Positions 12,733-23,724 of a stretch of DNA of 64,000 nt are shown here, one piece after another. The stretch comes from Ginglymostoma cirratum (lineage: Eukaryota), in assembly GCA_024137785.1 (NCBI GenBank), contig JAHRHZ010000009.1, positions 42,058,810-42,122,809 on the forward strand. Reading direction: 5' to 3'. The notes under the pieces were generated by a model. It was not told the origin of the DNA and did no database searches. It saw only the letters and a program-made list of their open reading frames with translations. Position 1 is the stretch's first letter. Each line of letters opens with the position of its first letter. The position numbers and the translations under genes are program-made.

Positions 12733-13110
12733 AAGAGTGTAATGAATGTTCAAAAGATTGATTCCAGTTATGAGGAAGTTGTCCTAGAAGAGACATTAAT
12801 TAGGCTTGACTTATATTCCCAGAGTCTAAAACAGTGAAAGGTAATCAATTTAAAACATAAATCTTGTAAGGGGTTTACTGGGGTACCAATGGGGAGATAT
12901 TTCTCTGGCTGGAGAGTCGAGAAAATAGATGTCACAATGCCAGATGGCTGTTGACTTCATGGGACTTAGATGAGGAGAGATTACTTCAGCCTAAAGGTTA
13001 TGAATCTTGGAGGTTCTCACTGCAGACAGCTGTGACTATTTATTGAGTAATTTCAGATTAGATATTGCTAGATGCAAGGGGAATCAAAGGTTACCCAGAC
13101 ATTGTGGGAA
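12733..13110 (+). mobile_element. CR1 LINE 3' fragment, strongly decayed
   Basis: aagattgattccagttatgagg...taggcttg...gatgaggagagattacttcagcctaaaggttatgaatcttgg...gggaatcaaagg. Confidence 0.65.
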
Positions 13111-13494
13111 CACTTGCTCTTCTTTCCACTGAAGAGATCTTTTAAAACTTGCTTTTTTGCAGCCTCTTCAGTCCTAGCTGAATGATCAGTTTGCCTGGAA
13201 GCCCATCATTAGATGCCAAGAATCTATCCATGGCCCACAACATTTGTTTTAAATTTAAATGTGTCCCTCAGCAATATTGTCTGAAAGCTCAATGTTAGTT
13301 TTTACACACACACTGGAAAAACACAGCTTTTCTTCACCACTGCTTTCTCTTGGCTCTTTCACCATTGTTAAATGACCAGATTGGTTGTCTAAAATCCGGT
13401 GCTGGAGGAATAGGATACTCCGCCAATAAAATATTGGCAAGATTGAAGCTATTAATTTTGTTACCATAGCTGAAAGTAAAGTATTATGATTTCT

Positions 13495-13680
13495 GGAGAT
13501 TTGAATAAAAATCTGTGCTGGAGTGCTGGAGAAACTCAGTAGGTCTGCCGACATCTGTGCAGAGAGAAACAGCGAAGGAAGTGAAACATTAATGCTGTTT
13601 CTTCATCCATAGTTGTTACTTAATCAGCTGAATTGTTCCAGCACTTTCTATTTTTACTTCATTTCACAGTTACTGCATCT
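13495..13680. mobile_element. Old Penelope-derived foldback
   Basis: gtgctggagaaactcag...catctgtg.agagagaaacagc is an imperfect inverted match to gctgtttcttcatccatag...ctgaattgttccagcac. Confidence 0.6.
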
Positions 13681-13694
13681 ATCTGTCCCCCAAG

Positions 13695-13910
13695 CAAACA
13701 TTTGAGATTAAACCAGTTTGTTCGTAACCTTGGATTCATATTTGACCCCAAGATGAGCTTTCAACCAAAACTTTGTGCTATTACTGAGACTACTTACTTC
13801 CACCTCTTAATGTCACTTTAATTCAACTCTGTCAGATCATCTACTGCTGAAACCTTCAATTATGTCTTTTTTTCATTCTAGAATTAACTATTGCTGCACA
13901 TGTCTAGCTA
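13695..13910 (+). mobile_element. L2 LINE RT C-terminal fragment
   Basis: VRNLGFIFDPKMSFQ...ITETTYFHL, followed by DNA for AETxxxxF..SRxxY; typical L2 motifs. Confidence 0.75.
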
Positions 13911-14499
13911 ATGTTGTGACATGATGTCCATTTAAAATATGTATTTTAAATTGTTGTCAATCATCTAAACTGGATTTGATATAAAAGTTCCATGACTTTG
14001 AACTCAGCCTGCAGCAGTAATGACTGAGATCAGGCATTTGCAGATAGTCTCCCAATTAACATAGTGTATATATCATCTCATCTTCAAATGAACAACTAAC
14101 ATTCTTATTTTAGTAGTCTGAGTTATATGATTGGTATTTTTGGATTAAATGTAAGAATGTAAAATGGTGGCAGTGTTTTATCTTAAAGACTTGATTGAAA
14201 TGCATAAAAGCATCAACACACAGCAGATGAACTTGTGTGGGAGTGAGACAAGTATCAAGTATTAATTCATTGTATCAAAGTGATTCAGCAGAAGTATACA
14301 AATCTACATATCACAACTTTTTATTACGAGATATTGCACCCTGAGTCAGCCACAAACATTAGGTCTAAGCAAGATTATTCAGATTTGGGAAAGCTTGTTT
14401 AACACTAAGTCCATTTGCAAAAGAAATGCAGGGACACAGATGAAATAGCAAACTTTGGAAGGTCAAAACTTTAAGCAGAGCTCAAAAGACAGAGAACGG

Positions 14500-15160
14500 T
14501 AAGAGCATAAGACTGTAAGATATAGGAACAGAAGAAAGCCATTCATCCCCTCAAGCCTGCTCTGCTATTCAATAGGATCAAGGCTGATCCAACACTCCTT
14601 GCTCTATTTCTCTGCTCTTTTCCCCTGACCCTTGATTCCCCTACTAATCAAGAATCTACCTATCTCAGCCTTAAATGTGCGCAAGGACTCTGCCTCTGTT
14701 GCAAAGACTCACAACTATATGACAGAAGAAATTCCACTTCATCTCAGTCTTAAATTGGCACCTCTTAATTCTGAGACTATGACCTCTGGTCCTAGACTCT
14801 CCCATGAAGGGAAACATCCTCTCAGCTTTTACCTTCTCAAGCCCCTTAAAAAAACACATATGTTTCAATGAGATCACCTCTCATTCTTCTTAATTCCAGT
14901 GAGTAGAGTCCCAATCGGTTTAGCCTTTACCCATAAGACAATTCCTCCATACCAGGGATTATCCTAGTGAACCTTCTCTGAACTGTCTCCAAGGAAATGA
15001 TATCAGGGAACCAAATCTGCTCACAGTATTCCAGATGTGGTCTCATCAGCACCATGTGCAGTTACAGTAAGACTTCCTACTCTTATACTCCAGATCTCCT
15101 GAAAAAGGGGCCATACATCCATTAGTCTTACTGATTACCCACTACACCTGTGTGTTAGCT
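14500..15160 (-). mobile_element. CR1 LINE 3' end
   Basis: ORF 14671-14877 reads GLEKVKAERMFPFMGESRTRGHSLRIK..FKTEMKWNFF; the antisense tail is cataagactgtaagatataggaacag. Confidence 0.9.
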
Positions 15161-15680
15161 TTTTTTTTCACTGTATTTTTTTCACTGTTTAAATGACCTT
15201 TTGAAGCACTGCAACTACAATTTGCGCTAAAATTGCAATTCTGTCGGCAGACATTCAGAAAAAAATGCGTAATGCAGAAACTGTTGAACAACGCTATAAT
15301 TTCAGTCATTTAACAACCTTTGACTAACTTGAGAATTGCAAGATACTGCAACTCAGAGACAAATTCTAAATATTTCTGCAAATAGGCATGGGATAATATT
15401 TCCATCACTCAGTTGGAAGGCAGCATATTTGATTTTAATTTGTTCTGAAAATGAAAAGCACTAAGTTTTGTGGACCTCAATATTTTCAGTCCTCAGTCAA
15501 ATCAATGGAGGCAGCCTTTGCTCAAGGTGACTTGGCACAATACATTAAATGTAGCCTCCAATGCCTTATCCACTCAGGATAGACAAGGTCAAAATGCCAA
15601 GGGATGAGGATATAATTGGTAGGCAACCCATCACTGTTTTGACCCTTTCTGGCCTTTGGTGGGCTGTTTTCTTCCTAAAG

Positions 15681-15724
15681 TGTGTGAGCGAGTGAGTGAG
15701 TGAGTGTGTGTATGTGTGTGTGTG
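15681..15724. repeat. Compound (GAGT)n/(GT)n microsatellite
   Basis: tgtgtgagcgagtgagtgagtgagtgtgtgtatgtgtgtgtgtg. Confidence 0.85.
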
Positions 15725-16199
15725 GGGCTGAGAGAAAGAGAGCAAGAGCCAGGTATTAAGCAAGGGGAGAAAGGGTGGCACAGCTGTTACTTTTCATGCA
15801 GATCAGAGATGTCTTCATGGTCAACAGTGTTGGGTTTGGCATGCGTAAAAGTGAGTGATGGAAGATGTTGCAGGAAACAATGAGCCTTGTTGGCAGATGA
15901 GTGCAGTAGCAGAAGTAGAGAATAGGTGTGGGGTATCAGAGAGAAGATGGTTGCACTTACTTGGATTGCACTTACTCTGGCAGAGTGGAGAAGGCTATTC
16001 ACCTTTTCCTGCAATGCTGGTCAATCCTCCAGGTAGCTAAGAATGCATTGACCCTGGTCGCAACCTTGAACCAGGCTGGCTTGGCTAGTGTCGTTACCTC
16101 CATTGCTAGTTCTAGAGGAAGAGAATGTTCCATGTCTGCAATACTCAATCCAGCAAGATCTCCAAGTTTCTACCCATAAAGTGGGTTTCAAATTTCCAA

Positions 16200-16997
16200 C
16201 CCAATTGGTACTTAGACATAAAGAAAGTAGGATTCAGCTCGATGTTACTTTTTAGGGTCATTGATTGCAAACTAATTGGCACCACCTATTTTAGATTCAG
16301 GAAAGCTCAGCATAACAACAATCCTCAATTTACAGTTAAACACAGACCTGCTGAGGGGCGTGAAAGATTGAGATGCAAGGAGACCTCCAGAGGTTACCTG
16401 CATAAATCTCCTATTTAAAGTTGCTCTCTTTAATTTTCTGTCAAACGACCAGAACAAAGTACATTTAAAGATCCTGAAAAAAAAATTATAAAAGCTAAAG
16501 TCAACAAGAAAGACCCCAGTGCCAACCAAGTAAGCAGTCAGCCACAGACCGATCATTACTATGCAGGTCATCGAGGCATCATTGAATCATTGAGGAACTA
16601 AAACCCATCCAGTTTTGTGATTGAAACTGGTGATACAGAACTGTGTTCTCACTGCTACTTTCCCTCAGCGCATGTTATTTATGTTTTTTTTTAATCCATT
16701 TTTCTTTGTAAAACTGTGTGTTGGGGAAAATTTCAACAGGGGTAAAGTTTAAGGTGTATAAATTGAATTTTTTTGTTTTTATTAAATTGAGGAGGGTTAC
16801 AATAAATAGAGATATTTAGATCTTTGCTTGATTAGTTGCTTAATAAACCCAGCTAGGTTTGCTATTATCCTGGGTCAGACAGAGACAAATAGGTATTTTC
16901 GGTAATTTTATTAAATTTTCGTATTTATGTTGACTCTGTGATTAGCAGAGTTTGATTTCCAGCACAGTATGCTGGTGAATGGTGACAGTGGTGAGAT
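16200..16997 (+). mobile_element. LTR-like sequence ending in a possible tRNA-Leu primer-binding site
   Basis: AATAAA signals at about 16801 and 16842. TGGTGACAGTGGTGAGAT (16980-16997) differs by three transitions from the tRNA-Leu complement TGGTGGCAGCGGTGGGAT. The 5' boundary is unclear. Confidence 0.4.
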
Positions 16998-17075
16998 TTT
17001 GAGGATGGCCATAACGTCAATACACAGAGAGATGCGAGCAGTCACCACAGTGAATAACAAAAATGTATTGTCTCA

Positions 17076-18117
17076 TTGGTTCCAAAGAAAGCCTTTGCCA
17101 CCATTCAGATTATATTTCCACAGGTGAAGGGTCAACACTGCCCAAATTCAAGAGCCAATATTGACGCAGGTTCAAAAATGTTCCATTTGAAAACTGAAAT
17201 TTTTGTACTTAAAGATATAGCGAGTGATGATTCAACCAATAACTGCCTTATCACCATGTATGAGAATTTGCAGGTTTCAGCACTGGGATCCACTACACAT
17301 AAATGATGCTGCAACAATTCATCTTGGTCATTCCAAGTATTTTCTGCGTTTGTGTACTCTACAGTTAGAGTGATTGCAGGTCGAAGGGTGTGCAGGGATC
17401 TCTTGTTGGTCACCTTTCATGTTATTGTCAAGACAATGAAGACCACTGCAGGATATCTTCAGTGTCACTGTAAACTCCATGCATACATTAGAAGAAGAAC
17501 TGCTAACCATGAAATTCAGAGCATTAGTCACGAGACTATCTGGCATAATTTGATTCAAATGTATGTGTCCATTCTGGACTTTGGAAATTTATCGGGCTGC
17601 AAAACTAAAGAAGAATTATTATTCAGCAGACAACACTTTTCAATCATTACTCACCAATGCTCCCAGGAACACTTGATACATTAATTGGGAAGGAAAAAGA
17701 GAATATACAATCTGCCAAAGGTGTCATGTAATTAAAAAACTGCACAACCTGAAAAATTGGAGAAAAAGTTTGAATGCAACACCCAACAGATGGCACATAT
17801 AATCCAGCAGCAATCTTCAGCGTTTGTCCAGAAAACAACACTATCAAGTACAAGCAATGAATATCAGGACAGATAAACAGCAGAACAGCAGAATAATTCC
17901 ACAGCCTGAAACTCCAAGATGTTCTATTGTAACCAGCAGAAGATCAAAGAAGCAACACAACAACTGTAATCAACATTCCTAAACCTTACAACAATCTCCA
18001 ACCAAAATCATTGGAAAACAAAATCTGAATGGATAAGCAAACCACCAATGCATTTCAGAAACTTGTAATTGTATTGCTTTGTGTGAGGATAAACGACAAA
18101 TTAAGAGAAAAGGGGGA
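17076..18117 (+). mobile_element. Internally deleted, decayed Gypsy (Ty3/Gypsy) pol remnant with polypurine tract
   Basis: Protease-like AFATIQI...RANIDAGS (cf. K.DTG). Integrase C-terminal-like KIGEKV*MQHPTDGTYNPAAIFSVCPE from about 17753. Terminal KTKSEWISKPPMHF (cf. TRSGR..KPP.RF). PPT aagagaaaaggggga at 18103-18117. Confidence 0.6.
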
Positions 18118-18345
18118 TTTTTTTATGATGTACATGTACCTTTGAGGTGTATCTTAAACTGTCAGCAATGACTTCCACCAAGATATATACAATGTAGTTA
18201 ACACTTGAAACTAAATACAGTATATTGCAGCAGTGAACAAGGTCAAGCATCTGAAGTTCACCTTTCATTTCACAATGTATCTATATAGTTTTATCTTTGA
18301 ATAAGGACTACAATTTTTTTTAACCAATCATTGTTCTATCATTCA

Positions 18346-18800
18346 GAGATAGCAAGAACTGCAGATGCTGGAGTCAGAGATAACACAGTGTTGAGCTGAA
18401 GGAACACAGCAAGCCAGGCAGCATCAGAGGAGCAGGAAAGTTGATGGTTTAGGTCGGGACCCTTCTTCAGAATTGGGGAGGGGGAAGGAGCTGGGAAATA
18501 AATAGAGAGAGGAGGGGTGGGGCTGGGGAAGATAGGTGGGATGGTGATAGGTGAGTGCAGATTGGCAGTGGTGGGGATTGGTCGGTGAGGTGGGAGGGGC
18601 GGATAGATGGAAGAGAAGATAGACAGGTTGTGTCAGATCAAGGAAGCAGAGATGAGAGGAAGGGATGGACTTGGAATGAGACCGGGTGTGGGAAGATTTT
18701 AAAACTGGTGAATTCCACGTTTAGGCCATTGGGCTGTAGGCTGCCGAGGTGGAATATGAAAGGTTGCTCCTCCACTTTGCAGCTGGTGACATTGTGACAA
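18346..18800 (-). mobile_element. Penelope-like element 3' part
   Basis: gaactgcagatgctggagtcagagataacacagtg...gaggagcaggaaag...gggacccttcttcag, a purine-rich UTR, and the end of the GIY-YIG ORF (gggctgtaggctgccgaggtggaatatga). Confidence 0.85.
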
Positions 18801-20214
18801 GCAGAAGGGTCAGGTTGGGTCTTCAGGCAGGATCTATGGAGTGCAAATGGTCTCGCAGAGCAGAGAGGTGTATTTGAGGAGTGGGGATGAAGTATGTGGT
18901 TGATTTAATATTGTTTCAGAGTTTAGAGTGTGCACTTAACAGCATTACTTTACCAATTTAAACAGAGACTTTCAGAAGTTTCCAGCCAGAGGGGAATTGT
19001 TCAGTGAAACCTTCAATTTCCAGAGCAATTTGGAGTCTGCCACAGTGAGGATTCTACAGGGACCCCGTGTGCAACTCCCATCTACATTGGAATAATGAAC
19101 TGTCTGACCATGAGAAAATCCGAGCCCTTCAGACTTTTCTTCTGTCAAACGGTACTGCCATTCTCAGAGTTTTCTACTTTCTTTTCAGATTTCTCACATC
19201 TGTGGTACCCTGCTTTTGTATTTGCAATTGTCCAACTCACTGCCTATTTTCCCTGAATCAGAGAATACATGTCTGAAAACTCTCTCAGAAACTTACAGAG
19301 AAAATTGCCCTACACTCCTTTCATTATCTGTAAGATAACATTCAATTGGAAAAAGCAATTTCACATTCTCAAATGTAATTCATTACTATTGGCTTGAGAA
19401 AGTTACAGTGCAACTTCACTGATTTGAAACCATTTCATGCATCTCTCAGATAAATATGCAGTGGAAGTGAATCTACTTCTCCCTCCTCAATTACTTACAT
19501 TAATGTTGCCACAGATGTTGACCTCTCTTGGTCCTTTTCATAAATCATCTCTGGTTAGACATTCAATTCACACTTAGTGCTAAATATGGAGCTCACGGTT
19601 TGCACCTTTCCAATGCCCATTGTCCTTGAGGAAGGATGCATACAAGCTTGGAGATGTATCCATTTATTTGGTGATAGTGTTCATTTGAGTCAGATCCTTG
19701 GTGTTGACTGCTTAAAAATTCAGCAGGGCGCTGAGCAGCATCCACTGATAATGCCTGGTGCACTCAACCTGGTTCTCTTACAGACCGTTTGTCATTCTTA
19801 AAGGCAGCATGTCGCTCTTAGAGGAAATCTACTCCTCTCAAAGTCAACCTGATCTTGATAGGAGGGGACCACTGCTACCTGACAGTGCTGACACTGGCTG
19901 TATGTAGAAGCTATGTAAGCAGACCATCGAGAAAGGGGGATGTCTCCTAGCTTCACAAAAGTAGCATTCAAGCCTTTAGACATTAACAAGAACAGGAGGA
20001 GAGAGGTTATGATGATCTTTCAAAGAAAATTGGTGCAGATGGTCAGGAGATGAATGAAAGGAGTCTGAATCCAACAACCTGACTGTTGTGCTAGAAGTTC
20101 AGTGATGTCAGAAAAGGGGTACCTTCACTAAAAGGCATGACATCTAGACCCACAGGAGAATCTCTCCTCTGGACTACTTGGCAGCCAGGCTGAATGTGAC
20201 TGGAAATTCAATGG

Positions 20215-21024
20215 TGATGTCATAGGAAATCTATTGTAAGAGTCGTGAGGCGCCAGATCAGCAGGCCTAGTGCAGTGTAGGATATGCTGCAGTATTTGTG
20301 TAATCATCACTGTAATATGATTTTCAGATAACCTATCTACAAGAAGTGTCACTGGTTCTGCAGTATGAGCTCCGTTGGAACTTGAGCAATAGCTGCCATC
20401 ACTGTTTTGCATTCATGACGCAGAGGACTACATCAATAGAAAATCGATAGAGAGGATGGTCACTCTGCATGTTAAAAGCGCACGTGCAGAAAAGGAATGC
20501 ATGGCAACTAGGTAGTCTAGGAGAAGCAGGCAGATATTTCAGGAGTTAGCTGAATCTATTCTGCTTGCTAATCAGTATTCCATTTTGGAAACTGGTAAGG
20601 GCAATGGTTCCTCAGTAGAATGCAGCCAAAGTCAAGCCCATGCCACCAAGGGCAATTCAGCTGTGAATGACAGGAAGAAAAATGAAAGAATATTTTGTAT
20701 GAGATTCAATATTCAGACATGGCAGTAAATGTGACTCCAGGATAGTGTGGTGCTTCCCTAGTTTCAAGTTCAAGAGTGTAATGGATTGGCTACAGGACAT
20801 CCTTCTGGAAGAGAGGAACCAGCCAGAAGTCATGGTCCACAATGATACCAATATATACAGCAAGAGGGATGAGCCAATTTCAGGGAGTTGGGGAAGAATG
20901 TAGAGGCAGAAATTCAGAAGTAATTAACTCAGGGCTACTCATAGTGGGATGTTCCAGTGAACGTAAGAACAGAAGGATCAATCAATTGAACAAGTGACTG
21001 GACAACTGGTGTAGGAGGGAGGAT
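20215..21024 (+). mobile_element. CR1 ORF1 (zinc-finger plus SGNH-esterase-like) remnant, split by Rex1
   Basis: DNA for DSI...SRIVWCFP...V..WLQDILLEE..QPEVMVH..TN at about 20700-20855 (cf. CR1 ORF1 GDS..RMVCCLPGA..LQDIL.GEG.QPEV.VH.GTND). Confidence 0.7.
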
Positions 21025-23390
21025 TGACTGATTGACTTACTGTCACATGTACCAAGATACAGCAAAAAGTGTTGTTTTGCATGCTATACAGGTAGATTGT
21101 ATAGTGCATCAGGATAGCAGATCAGAGTGCAGAGAAGGTCCAGAAAGAGGGATCAGAATTAACATCAGATACGTCCATTCAAAAGTCTGGATACAGCAGA
21201 GAAGAAACTGTTCTTGAATCTGTTTGTACATGTATCCAAACATTTATATCTTCTGCCCGACGGAAAAGGATGGAAGAGAGTATAAAACCAAGGTAGGAGG
21301 GGTCTTTGATTCTGTTGGTTGCTTTCCCAAGACAGCAAAAAATATAGATGGAGTCAATGGATGGAAGGCTGGCTTGTGTGATGTACGGGGCTGTGTTCAT
21401 GTCTTGTAGTTTCTTGCGATCTTGGGAAGAGCAGTTGCAATGCCATGATGTGATGCACCCAGTTAGGATTGTTTCTATGGTGCAGCTACAAAAATAGATA
21501 AAAGTGCTTGTGGACATGCCCAAATTTCCTTAGCCTCCTGAGGAAGTAGAGATGTTGTTGTGCTTTCTTGAATGTTGTTTCAACGGGGGTGGACCAGGAC
21601 AGATTGTTGGCGAACATCAATCCCAGGAACTTGAAGCTCTCAACCATTTGCATCTCAGCATCATTGATGCAAAAGGGCGTGCCCTCTATTCTCCTGAAGT
21701 CAATGACAGTTCCTTCATTTTGCTGACATTGATAAAGAGATTGTTGTCTTTACACCATACCACTATGCACTCAATCTCTTTCCTATATTCTGTCTCGGCA
21801 TTGCTTGAGATCTGACCTACAAGAGTGATGTAATCAGCAAAGTCATAAATGGAGTTGGGTAGCTGAGTACGCAGCCAAGTGTGGCACCAGTGTTGAGGAT
21901 TATGATAGAGGAGGTGTTGTCACCTATTCTTATAGATTGCAGTTTATGGGTTAGGAATTCGGTGATCCAGTTACAGAGGCAGAGCCAACACCTAGGTCTT
22001 GAAGATTAGAGATGAGTTTGTTTGGAATTATGATGTTGAAGGCAGAATTGTAGTCAATAAGTCGGAGTCTGACATAGGTATCCTTGTTATGTAAATGGTC
22101 CAGGAGTGAGTGTAGAGCCAGGTCTCTGCTGTGGACCCGTGCACCAATAGGCAAATTGGAAGGGATCGAGGCAATTTGGTAGACTGGAATTGATGTGAGC
22201 CATAACAAACCTCTCAAAGCACTTTATAATTATGGAGGTCAGAGCCACTGGGCAGTAATCATTGAGGCAGATGGAATGCTTTTTCTTTGACACCGGGATG
22301 AAGCAGGTGGAGACTTCAAATCATATGAAGGAAAGGTTAAAGATGTCTGTGAATACTCCTGTCAGCTTGTCTGCACAGGAACTGAGTGCGTGGCTAGGAA
22401 ACCTATTCTGGTCAGCCGATTTTTGTGAGTTCACTGTCAAGTGACTGATGTAACATCTGTGACGGTAACCATGGATGCAGGTGCATCTAAGGCTGTTGGG
22501 ATAGATGACAATGTTTCACTGACCCTGTTCAAAGTGAGTGTATAATGCATTGAGCTCATCAGTAGGGATGTATTGTTGTCTGCGATTCTGTTTGACTTTG
22601 CTTTGTAGCCCGTTATGTCATTTAAGCCTTGCCACAAATGACAGGTGTCCATTTGGTTGGTCTCAGTCTCAAACTTAGTTTGGTATTGTCACTTGGCATC
22701 TCTGATCACATTTTGACATTTGTACCTAGATTTTTTGTATAAGTCAGGTTTGTCTGACTTGAATGCTTTGTTTTTGTTCCTGATTTACAGCATCTGCAGT
22801 TCTTTCAGTTTTTATTGAATGCCTCAAACTTGCATTTCGGTAGAGAACGGATCTCCCAGTCACACATGGTTTCCAGTTGTAGAACATTTGGATTAGCTTC
22901 TTCAGCATGCAGTCTTCTACATACTTAGTAATGAAGTCTGTCACAGTAGAAGCATACTCATTTGGGTTGGCCGCTGAGTTCTTGAATATGGACCAGTCCA
23001 CTGACTCTAAGCAGTCCTGTGGAAGCCCTTCTGTTGCCACAAACCTACACTGCATTCCTTTCTGTACTGAGCCTTCATGCTTTGATTTCTGTTTGTAAGT
23101 GGGGAGGAGGAGCACAACGTTGTGATCTGATTTTCCAATATGTGAACAGGGGGTGGAGCAGTAGGCATCTTTGATGGTTGTGTAGCAATAGTCAAGGATT
23201 TTCAGACCTCAGGTGGGACAGGAGATGTGTTGATGGTATCTTGATAGCACATTCTTGAGGTGGGCCCGGTTGAAGCTGCTGGCTATGATGAACATGTCCT
23301 CAGGGTATTCTATCTCAAGACTGTGTGTAGCACTGTATACTTTGTCAAGTGTACCCCATTATGGCATGGGGTGGGATATAGACCGTTGTT
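21025..23390 (-). mobile_element. Rex1/Babar LINE, 5'-truncated and decayed (EN end plus RT)
   Basis: ORF pieces CTIETILTGCITSW..CSSQDRKKLQ...[57 protein letters not shown] and LQDCLESVDWSIFK. Tail ...GTACATGTGACAGTAA(GTCAA)n. Confidence 0.9.
22767..22814 (+). mobile_element. 48-bp Penelope extreme 3' tail inserted in Rex1, with 8-bp TSD
   Basis: tttgtttttgttcctgatttacagcatctgcagttctttcagttttta is near-identical to 54132-54175. ttgaatgc flanks it at 22759-22766 and 22815-22822. Confidence 0.85.
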
Positions 23391-23391
23391 A

Positions 23392-23530
23392 GGACATCAG
23401 ATTTCTGAGACTTTGGCACTGTTTCCAGGACAGGTGGGATCTAGATGAGTTTCATTTCAATTGGACTGGGACTGACATTCTTGCAAGGAGATTTGCTAAT
23501 GCTGTAGCCTTAAGCTACATTGTAGGGGGA
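23392..23530 (+). mobile_element. CR1 ORF1 end, continuation of 20215-21024
   Basis: DNA for RFLR.W.CFQDRWDL...H.NWTGT.ILARRFANAV. Confidence 0.65.
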
Positions 23531-23724
23531 TGGGAACTTGGGTAGTGACCCAAATTGGAAGAAGCTAAGTTGGTAACATGAAGTACAAAAGCTTCTAGGG
23601 AGATGAGAAGGCAAGAGAAACATGCCTAAGCATCGAGTATGCCTTGAATGTAGACTGGTGTCAAAAAGACAAAATTATGAAGGTATAAGGTGCAAATTGG
23701 CTGAAATGGATTGAGAAAATACTT

